NCBI RefSeq assembly: GCF_031769215.1
Contig: NW_026781979.1
Span: 372,001-436,000, forward strand
Length of the DNA: 64,000 nt
DNA from: Ylistrum balloti
Lineage: Eukaryota
Direction: 5' to 3'
The position numbers and the translations under genes were made by a program. Shown piece after piece: positions 54,092-64,000 of the stretch. The stretch's first letter is position 1. The number at the start of each line of letters is the position of its first letter. The notes under the pieces were generated by a model. It was not told the DNA's origin. It searched no databases and saw only the letters and a program-made list of their open reading frames with translations.

Positions 54092-54391
54092 ATGTTCATC
54101 CAGAGATTGCTGTTGTTTCTAGTCACATCCAAGGCTTTTATAATTGAAGAATACTTTATGCGAAGAAATGACTGTGAAGATGTGGTTCTTAATTCTAATT
54201 TAGTCTTCGTTGAGAAGACAGTTCAAAGTCTTATTGGGTGTGTTGCCGTGTGTTTAGTACAGCCCGACTGCGAATCTTTAAATTTCCTCCCTTCAGGCAG
54301 TTGTATGCTCAGCAACACAACACTTGACGAAGCGTGCCGTAACGGACAATTCTACGAACATGGTATTTACATGCATCGTCATCCCGATAAA
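54092..54391 (+). CDS. Fibrinogen-related protein (PAN/apple-EGF-FBG), exon 1: signal peptide and PAN/apple domain
   Basis: ATG at 54092 gives MFIQRLLLFLVTSKAFIIEE... (hydrophobic leader), then a six-Cys PAN/apple pattern (NDCED...SLIGCVAVCLVQPDCESLNF...GSCMLSN...EAC). Exactly 300 nt, ending at donor AAA|GTAAGT (phase 0). Confidence 0.85.
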
Positions 54392-55142
54392 GTAAGTAAT
54401 GTTTAAAGTTTTCATATTTGAATATCTCGACTCCTTGCTAATTTTATATAAGAAACGATATGCTCATAAAAGGTACAAATGCAATATGTTCAATAATTCT
54501 TTTTTAACAGCGGTATTTAAGGCATATTGTAACAATCCAAACTGAAACATTTGTCTTTTTGATAACTGATAATGTTTACGCGAAAAAGGATATTCCAGAT
54601 GGCCCACTAGGAAATAGCCTAGTATTCTGGATAAAAATGTATAAATCGTTTCCGATACATAAAACATTGTCAAAAGATTGATACAACTTCAACAACTCAC
54701 ATTAGGACAGCAGTGTAGAATCTATAGAGAAAAAAATTTTGTCACATCAATTCACAAAAATACAAATAGATTATCAAGCCTGTCTCGTTGTGCATATTTT
54801 TAAAATGGAACATATTTTCGTGGTATATTTTTTACCTAAAATATTTAGTTCTTTTTGGAAGTCACAAAATATTTGCTGTTTTGAATATATGCACGTTTAA
54901 ATACTGTAACAAGGGTACCAAAGCATCGATTTAAAATTCACCTTCCCAAACGGACATCTGCATTAACTTTGCAGCGAGAGTTCTTTCATTAGTTATCGAT
55001 TTTTATTTCTTTGTCTTAATAATGTACTTCCGGATCATATCGGTTTACCTATAAAAGTTTGTCATAGTTCGTCCATGTTGCTATAGTAACAGTTATATAG
55101 AGTAATACTCCTAATGATTTACACAACTGTTTTGTTTACCAG

Positions 55143-55242
55143 AACATTACAATCTGTTTGAATGACGGAATACTACAATCAACTAACACGTGCTTATGCC
55201 ACGGAGGATACATCGGAGACTACTGTGAACGTATCATGGAGG
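55143..55242 (+). CDS. Fibrinogen-related protein, exon 2: EGF-like module
   Basis: Acceptor ttttgtttaccag|AAC, 100 nt, donor GAG G|GTAAGT. Encodes NITICLNDGILQSTNTCLCHGGYIGDYCERIME. Phase 0 in and phase 1 out match both neighbouring exons. Confidence 0.88.
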
Positions 55243-56076
55243 GTAAGTTCAATTTGTACTAAGGAATACATAGTTATGACAATGAGGTTATCAAACTTTC
55301 CCACCCTCGATGAGGGACCTACTTTGACTGAACATTTTAAATGTTTAATGTTATGTCATTTTTACGTGAGGGAAAAGTCAAATAAACCTCCCACAAGACA
55401 CAAATTTCGATTTTGGTAAAATAACTTATGTTTTAATGATTTACAAAGTTATACTGTTGTAAAGGATAGAAATGAGTTTTCGTGAAACGGGTCTTCAATC
55501 TTTTTCCGAGCTTTGAGTTTCCTGAATTTTGATATGAGATGAAAACAACTTTAAGACTCCTTCCAATACATACCTCAGAAAAGTGATACTTTTACAAGTT
55601 TTAATGGAAAAAAATTAAACGGATTCAGCAATTTTTTGTTTCGCCAATTTCAATTTATGACGTCACGTAATTGTCCCTAATACGGCTTCATATTTTCTGA
55701 CTGGAACGGACAATGAAAAACACGCATAAGTAAATAAGTGTTAGTTATGCGGTATCTTAACTGTAATAATATCCTTATTTTTCATCTTATGATGTTAACT
55801 TAGTGTAAAAAATACTTAATTATCATAAACATTGCTTTATAAACCTTGCCTGCTGTTGGTACAAAAAAAGTCTTAACCTCGCAACCTGTCTCCTTTATAT
55901 AAGTGTTACTTGCATTTTATTTGAACTAAAATCTTTGAGTAATAGATTAATTCGTGATGATCGAAACGTTAAACATTTGAATGACATTGCCGATATGAAT
56001 AGCTTTCTTAAAGATTATGTTTTTTCTTTTCTTTTTCTTTATCCCGAGCAATAAGATTTTTTATTTTATTTCGCAG

Positions 56077-56750
56077 ATTGTACGGAGGGGGAACCGTATT
56101 ATCAGGGACAATTCGGTACGTTTTTAATCCACCCTAGACTATCCCCGAATCCTTTCAAAGTTGTATGTCGAATGGCATTTGACAAAAGGACATACATACA
56201 GATTCGGCATTACGGTGGAAACGAAACATTATTTACTCAAAATTGGAATGCATACAAGAATGGTTTCGGTGATGTGTCGGAGACTAATCGTTTGGAGAGA
56301 AATTTCTGGCTGGGTAACGAGAAAATTTACTATTTAACAAACAGCAAAGAATACTCTCTAATTATACAGTTAGTAGAAGATCGCTATATCTCATTTGGTC
56401 AATATAGACTTGACGATTTTCTGGTGAAGAACGAAGCCAACCTATACGCTATGTCATACGAAAACGCGTACCCTTATCGAACACAGCAAATGGTATTTGG
56501 AGACAGTATGGCTTCTAGCAAGGGAGCAAAGTTCAGCACATTCGACAAGGATAATGATATGTCTGAAGGTAACTGCGCAGAGCTACATGGCGCAGGGTGG
56601 TGGTTTTCTGACTGTGCGCGATGCAATCCGAATGGTCGTTTATGGCCGGGTGGTACTAACAAAAGGCTTAACGTCAGTGACGAGTTTTTCTGGGAAGACG
56701 ATCTGTCCGGTTCGTCTGCATGGGGAACAAGTCTTTGGCTCGTTAGATGA
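56077..56750 (+). CDS. Fibrinogen-related protein, exon 3: complete fibrinogen C-terminal (FBG/FReD) domain
   Basis: Acceptor ttttatttcgcag|AT completes GAT (Asp). Reads DCTEG...FKVVCRM...QNWNAYKNGFGD...NFWLGNEKIYYLT...KFSTFDKDNDMSEGNCAELHGAGWWFSDCARCNPNG to TGA at 56748-56750. The three exons total 1074 nt (357 aa plus stop). Confidence 0.93.
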
Positions 56751-56967
56751 AAGGATATAATCTGTTAGCCTTTTAGGGGGACATGGAGAGCTCAACCCGA
56801 GGGATAAGGTTAACAAGGAGTGAATGATTATTTTTCTCTAACACTTTTGTCCCAGTGCAAGACGGACGAACGTATTGAGTGTGCACAAAAATATGTGGAT
56901 GTGTCGTATGAACAGTGACGAGGCATGCCTCGGACTCTTCACAAAATTAAATACCATTGTCCATGCC

Positions 56968-56973
56968 AATAAA
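56968..56973 (+). terminator. Candidate polyadenylation signal (AATAAA) of the FReD gene
   Basis: First AATAAA about 220 nt after the stop codon; an ATTAAA lies at 56946-56951. The hexamer is common in AT-rich DNA. Confidence 0.3.
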
Positions 56974-57189
56974 ACGTCAAAGAAAGTTATACTCTTGATA
57001 TTATACATTTCAATGATAAGTTGGGGATGATTTCGATGACAGCACAATATTTTCAGTTTTGAGAATAACACAAGATGTCTATAGCAGACGAACTCATGTA
57101 GGTGTGTGACCTCATAAAAGTCGTTCAACTTCCGGGTCACGTTAGTGACTTCATTTAAGATATTTCCCGAATTTGCAAAGAGCACTGAA

Positions 57190-57275
57190 GAAATTCCTTC
57201 GTCGCCTCTTTTTTTTCCAAACTTTTAGGTCCTTAGCATCACTGATGATTCCTTGGAAGGACGTAACTTGTAATG
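57190..57275 (+). mobile_element. Family A copy (degenerate hammerhead)
   Basis: gtcgcctc...ttttaggtccttagcatca CTGATGA tTCCTT-GG-AAGGAC GTAAC tt GTA. Core at 57242-57248; GAAA has become GTAA. Confidence 0.5.
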
Positions 57276-59836
57276 TTTTCTACACGTTGCATGAATAATT
57301 AATGGTTTTAAATCACGTTTGATATTCTAGTCTCTCTTGAAATATTAATTTTGTAGGACCATTGAAATAATTATACCTTTTTCACGACAAATTTTACAAC
57401 ACGAACATACATTATATCTTGTTATCTAATCTCCAGAAAAGCCACAGAAAAAGTCTTGGAATGTAATGTGTCAAACAGGACAGTAAATAATGGTCACCTC
57501 CTTATGTCAACAACCTGGGCCGTGTATCCTGTTTTCAGTACTCTTTTAACGTCTACCCCTACCAAAGCCATAAAACCAATCATTTGTACACTTTCTTTCA
57601 TTTTTTAACCGACGTGATAGAAATATAACAGTGTAATTCAATGTTTTATCTTGAAGTAAATAATATATGTATACATGTTCACGCCATGGTATAATTGAAC
57701 AGACCTCCGCAAACATTCTAGCATAAAAAAAAAACAAAAATACATGCAGACATCAATGTTTAAAATTTGAATTAATGGAAACAGTTGACCATGAAGCCAC
57801 AGATGTGACTGTAAGTATGCAGCGAAATGTCCGACCAAGTGTGTTCAGCAATGTCATCCGTTTCAACAACACGCTTTTGTCCTAGTGGCGAGTAAACAAA
57901 GCAATTTTTAACTCTTCGTGTATAAACACTTCAGCAATGTTTAGCATGTAGCTTATATATTTTTGATAAAAAATACATTTTTTTGTAAAGAAATAAACTT
58001 AAACCGGATGTACAAAACGCCGAAACTCAATCAGCCTGATCGGTGTTGAATATTAAATGGTTTGGAAAATAAGTAAACTACGTTAGCTGATATCAAATCG
58101 TTCAAACCTAACAACGAAACGATTGACCTTCAGTATTTTTTTTATCAGTCTGTGGTCCTTTACCCGTCTCAGGTGAATATCACACCAAATGCGAAAAGAA
58201 TGGGACAGGAATAAGGGAATTTTATATATAGAAATGAAAAGAAATAGATAAACCCAAATTGTCACGCTTATCAAACCGTCTGGTGGTGACCTATCCGTGC
58301 TATTTCTGATATAAGTGAAGATTAAAGTAACCGAATCTCACTGAGAAGCCTGTCATGGCTTTTATTTGGTCAAACAAGTTTGTTTTCTAATTCACCAAGG
58401 AAAAGTCCTCGACATACCTGTATGTGAAATCTAATTACCAAGCAAGGCCTTTGTTAGTCATCTATCTTAATCTCTTCGACAAATCCAGCTTAACGTGTCA
58501 ACTAACAGATAGGAAGCCTTTAAAGAAATCGCCTATTTCCCACCTTACTCAACGTTTACATGGCCTGTCAAAAGTTGGTGTATCGGTACTTAACACTGTG
58601 AATTGCAATGATATAGCTTTGCCACATATATACAAGGTGCCATACAGAATGGGATTCATCCGTTTGGTATAGATATAATGTTAAAGATATTTACAACAGG
58701 GAAGATACATTCGATATATAAAATATTCTATGCACATTATGTAAACGCTCAGCGCATTTGGAGATATACATCCTATCAAATGAAATTTTTGAACGAAAGC
58801 ATCTTCAAAAAGTGTGCATGAGTCTGGTACCTTAATTGCACATATGACACACAAGTGAATAGTGATATCAATATAAATTTAGAATTAGTTTTTGAATAGC
58901 CAAGTAATGAATTAATGTGCAATATGCTTCAGTAGTACCTACAGGTGACTGACGAAAATGGAGAGACCGAAATGAATGTCAAAATATTGAGGAGGTGTAG
59001 TAACCTCAGAACTCATTCCATACTATGATTTCCAATACTGGATTGCTTCAAAATAATGATAACTGTATGGATAATGTCTGAATCATGCCAATACGGATTA
59101 CAGCAAACCTTGGTCAATAAAGTCCACTAGCAGAGTGAAGTCTCTCCAAAACGTCGAGTAAAATGATGCTTGTATAAGGTATTTGGATCCTAAAAGCAGA
59201 AACTGAACTAATGTTTTATTACGTGCGATTCGTACCAATCACCATGATGATTATTAAGATTATTAAGATATTTTACAACACACATGTATGTTTAACATAT
59301 CTGAAGTCGTTCACTTTATCAAGTGGCTTTCCGGATTACTACTGTATCTGTATCTTACGAACAAGAGATTAGAGTTACCTTGGAGACAGAGGAATGTCCC
59401 CGTGCTGTCTGAGGCGGTTATAATATGTCATGCTACTATATATCAAAACAGTGGAGACGAGATATACGTGTTTCGGTACCCCTCGGCATTTTTTGTTGAC
59501 AAAAAGGCACCTTTATATAATGGATTGATATTTGGCAGCTAAATATATTCCTGTGACGGCAAGGTGCTTATAATACGAATATCACATTCAAACCGCCATT
59601 CGATCTTTCAAACACGTCAAGTTGCCTTTAAAACAGCTGAAGTTATAAGAGGAAAAACCACGGGAAAGCATAATTTCGATTGGTGGAGAAGAGCAGTTTT
59701 GTTGACATATAATTTATGTGACACTCCTTGTCCGACAAGGTAATCGTGATTTATTGTGTATACGACGATGAGAGAATCCAAAGGAACAAGGTAAGAATTT
59801 ACTTACTATACAAGTTGACTCTTTCATCGTATCGTT

Positions 59837-60316
59837 GTAACGTATTTAGCTAATATCTATGTTATAACAGTTAATTTTATAGGCTGAAGACAACTTGGTA
59901 ACGTATTTAGCTAATATCTATGTTATAACAGTTAATTTTATTGGCTGAAGACAACGTTGTAACGTATTTAGGTTTTATCTGTTATAACAGTTATTTTTTA
60001 TTGGCTGACGACAATGTAGTAACGAATTTAGGTTTTATCTGTTATTATTTTTTTTATTGGCTGAAGACAACGTGGTAACGAATTTAGGTTTTATCTGTTA
60101 TAACAGTTATTTTTTATTGGCTGACGACAATGTAGTAACGAATTTAGGTTTTATCTGTTATTATTTTTTTTATTGGCTGAAGACAACATGGTAACGAATT
60201 TAGGTTTTATCTGTTATAACAGTTAATTTTTATTAGCTGAAGACAATGTGGTAACCTATTAAGGTAATGTCTGGTTATAATTGTTAACTTTATTGGCTGA
60301 AGACATTGTAATAACG
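59837..60316. repeat. 56-61-bp tandem array, 8 copies
   Basis: Anchor gtaac at 59837, 59898, 59959, 60019, 60075, 60135, 60191 and 60251. Confidence 0.95.
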
Positions 60317-62884
60317 TATCATCCGTGTAGATATTAACTCCGCAACAGTAACCTTTCTAAGTAGACCATAGTCCCGTTGTAGTAATTTGTATATAAGCAC
60401 AAAGATGATGTACAACCAATAATATATAAATCCTAAAATGTATAACTATGTTATGGTAGTCCTTTTCTATATTGTTAAATACTTTTCTGACACGGTACCC
60501 TTTTCCCCATTTATCCAGATAAACCATTATTCTGATAAAATACCTTTATTTATCCATCATGTTACAGAACTTTACGTTTATCCAGGTGAAATATTTCTCC
60601 CACCTCTGTATATGCCAGAAATACGTATCCCAAGAGTAACAGCGATGTACAATATCTCTATCAGACAAGTGTGCATTTAATGGCCTGTAATACCCTTACA
60701 ATGAGATAACGACGTATCCTGATGGCTCACAACCAAATATGGCATCCTCATTGACATTAAGACCTCGAGACATCGTCAAATGTGATACCTTCTAAATCGA
60801 CACACGCCACAATAGTCAAAAATAAAAGCGACCTTCAATCTAATCTGTCCGTAAAACTGGGGTTGATAATCAATATCTGATATCTAGATTTTATTGTTTC
60901 TGTAGAACAATACTTAAGATATTCCAGTCAAATGTTGAATATTCTTTAAGCAAAATATAACACGTTGTAAAATTGAATTTTATTCGTTTCAATTGGGAAA
61001 ATTAACAATTCAGGGATAACGATGTCATTGTAAAAAATCTATCCTGACACATGAATATTCTTACCTATAACATACCATGTCAGGAGTGACTGTTGGTTTG
61101 GTCACAAACATGTGTATAATACATCGCGATAGTGGTATGCCCTGAGGTGAACTGAACGTTGTTTACACTGGGCCACCGGTATGTAGGTATTTCAACACTT
61201 GACCAGTAATAAACCCAAACCCGTTCTTCCCGACAAGGTGGACTCTTTTGATAATACTTGGACTAGACGTGCTAAGAACTGTATATGATAATTATGTGTT
61301 AAAGATAAATCATTAGTAAATACCGTTATACGCGGTGTTTACTTGTGTCACTGTTATATCTTATATTTCACCATATATTTGCATTCTTTCCTCAACGATT
61401 TTTCTCTTGTTTCATTCATTTCATCCATAACTCAATTCGTCAATTCCAGATTTTCGTCTCTCTGTCGGGCTCGTTGATAAAATAAGAAATGAACAAACTT
61501 AATAGCCAAAACAAACCAGAGCATCAGTGAAACAGACGAATGTTTTCTCCGAAAACGATTGTATTGGACACAAAAGTGACTAAGGACTATATGTTCCCCC
61601 AAATTTTTTCGGGGTAACACTTGTACGAAATTAAACAGAATGTTTCATTCATGAAGTGACCTGTACATAGCTTGGTGAAGTCTGTGTAATGTCATCAGTT
61701 GAGGACCCCCGAGGATACGTCCAGTACTGGGACGAGGCACCTCCCCACCTCCCATAAAGCCACGAACCTAACCAGCACTAATTGTGATTTATTTATATGA
61801 CTAAATGAGAAAAGAAACATTCAAATTCATCATTTTGCATCTAACATGATATACAATATTAAAGACTGTATGTATAGCAAATATTTAGATTAGTCCAGTT
61901 CAGGTTTAGTGCGACCCCTAACTTAGGCGTGGTTACGTGTTATCGGCGTGGCGACTTTTCCGTCAGATCTTAAGAAATGTTACATCGACCATTGTTCCTT
62001 TAATTTAAGACAAAGGAAAATTCGTTTCTTCATTACATATTTCTGTGCAAGTTGCGCGTTTTAAAAAGTTAAAAAAGAAAGAAAGAAATAAAACATGTTG
62101 TGTTGAATCCACGTATAACGTTGAGTATCCATTTTCGAGGCCATGAACAGATTATGACGTCACTGTAGCGTAAAAAATAGCGAAAAATGTCCCTTTAACA
62201 CTTAGTTTAAAACTGTGGATAAGGTAAGTTTTGTTTTTTATTTGGTGTAAATGTCAGGATGTAACACACTTACACTCATGGTTCAATACGTCGCTGAAGT
62301 TTGTCAACATTTCATGTTTTGCGCTATGTCTATGGGGCCATTTTTCAGGCAATAAATTAGCCGGTGTAAGTATGGCTCATATGTCGTCCTAATATGTAAA
62401 TTTTGAACAAAATCCATCAAAAAAATTTTGCCCAAAAGAATTATATATATCTTGATATTTTCCTTTTGGTTTATTATTATATACTTTGTAAAAACGCCAA
62501 TATAGTGCTTATATATGCTCTTATCCTACCAAGTCCTTTAACCCTTGCGTTTTGATGTTAAATTGACTTGCTCTACAGTATGGCGTCCCATCGATTATAA
62601 AAGGAAATATAAGAGAAATGTAAATATTTCAAAATGGCAGACTCCCTAAAACGTATTTCATTATATGCCAACATCGACGGCAAATCAAACACTAACGTTA
62701 TCTCCAACGCTAACAATTGTACAATGTACATTACGTAACAGGCCTATCTTAAATTATGGCTTTTGTACTTTTGTATTCAAAGGAATTAGATAAGGAAGTG
62801 CACTTTTAAACATACAAATTAAGATAAATTACAATGGTGGAAAAGCCTGGAATATACTGCTTTCTGATATTACCTGGATATGAC

Positions 62885-63029
62885 NNNNNNNNNNNNNNNN
62901 NNNNNNNNNNNNNNNNNNNNNNNNNNNNNNNNNNNNNNNNNNNNNNNNNNNNNNNNNNNNNNNNNNNNNNNNNNNNNNNNNNNNNNNNNNNNNNNNNNNN
63001 NNNNNNNNNNNNNNNNNNNNNNNNNNNNN
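62885..63029. other. Assembly gap (145 N)
   Basis: Run of N in the sequence. Confidence 1.
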
Positions 63030-64000
63030 GGAGCTTACGGCCTCCTTTAGGTTAGCCTATACCTATGAATTATTATGTGCCAAAACATGTTTGTGATATC
63101 TTCTTTATTTAATTCAATTTTTGACTAAACTATATGTAATCCTAAATTTGTATTAAAAGGTTTATTCATCTAATTACTGGACACAAAAAGCTAAAGATAA
63201 TAAATATATGTGATTTTGTCTGCCATGAAAGTGAATTAAGCTTGACACTGGTTAATCATTGTTATGTCACCAGCGTATGCACAATAACTTTGCAACATGC
63301 AGTAAACGTGCCGTAACACATCACGTGACACAGAGTTGAAATCAATCTGTCAATTGTGGTTTTATTGGAAGTCTGTGTAGACTTAACGTCAAATCAATCA
63401 ACAAAGGAGGTTAAATATGTCACACTTGTATGAATGAAATTATATTTAACGGTTCAGTGATACACAAGATATGTGCATAAGTCAATGCATGTACGAACTG
63501 CACAGAACAAAGTATAGTTATATATCTGAATATACCATGTGTTACATACACTGCATTGTAGATTACTGAAGTTTGATAGTGTTTGAAACAAGACCATTAA
63601 CAAGGTATACATCAGGGAGATGTCATGATGTCATACTATTTTATGTTAAAGCTCTAGTGTCAAACCATCTTATGTTAAAGCTCAAGAATACAACTAATGC
63701 ACGGAAGAATTATTATACTGTGAAATTTATTTGAAATAATTTTTCATACAGTATAATTCAATATTCATTTTCATTTACCGGAATAAGATGGTGACTGGTG
63801 CTCTTGCACTTTAAATTGTAACTAGTTAATCTAAATGGCATGCCTCTCTTACCCTGACTGTAACTTCTTCATTGCTCTAATTCATGCAAAAATATTTCAA
63901 ATAAATACACTGCACGTGATAAACATATTGTTTATAGATGCATTAAGACAAAAAAAACGGTGCTCAAGTGTGACTTAATTAGTAATCAGGGCACTTAATT

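Noticed and set aside
55162-55419. 85-aa ORF overlapping FReD exon 2
   Set aside because: Different frame from the EGF exon and runs into the intron; no homology recognised.
55440-55900. Possible MITE in FReD intron 2, and a similar-looking tract at about 61920-62470 (both contain tatgacgtca)
   Set aside because: No terminal inverted repeats, target-site duplication or extended similarity between the two could be established by eye.
58943-58985. CTGACGA...GAAA...GTC hammerhead-like spacing
   Set aside because: Neither stem I nor stem II can pair, and the family A flanks are absent.
59880-60310. CTGAAGA/CTGACGA in each unit of the 60-bp array (possible ribozyme satellite)
   Set aside because: Followed by GAAT or GTAT rather than GAAA, with no closing stem II pair and no stem I complement.
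62834-63055. ORF spanning the N run
   Set aside because: Artefact of translating the assembly gap.

Overview
AT-rich animal genomic DNA, most likely from a bivalve mollusc (inferred from the repeat families and the PAN-EGF-fibrinogen gene; species not identifiable). Two protein-coding genes are supported, pointing away from each other with about 47 kb of repeat-rich non-coding DNA between them. (1) Minus strand, 7086->6401: the first coding exon of a heparan sulfate glucosamine 3-O-sulfotransferase (HS3ST2/3-like). Its remaining exon(s) lie left of the window. (2) Plus strand: a complete three-exon gene (54092-54391, 55143-55242, 56077-56750; 357 aa) encoding signal peptide, PAN/apple domain, 4-Cys EGF and fibrinogen C-terminal domain, i.e. 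a fibrinogen-related protein (FReD). The rest holds at least eight tandem arrays (several with higher-order structure), a near-perfect ~120-bp hairpin in a palindrome-rich element, a decayed tRNA-derived CORE-like SINE, a ~200-bp dispersed repeat family and a 145-nt assembly gap. The most interesting unannotated signal is a short dispersed repeat in five copies (about 2.0, 5.5, 47.6, 47.9 and 57.2 kb). Each copy is damaged differently, but their consensus rebuilds a minimal type I hammerhead ribozyme, as in Penelope-like elements and retrozymes. This fits a known class of element; no evidence was found for a wholly new system. No prokaryotic features, CRISPR array, intact transposase/RT ORF or rRNA/tRNA gene were found. 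All alignments were done by eye.
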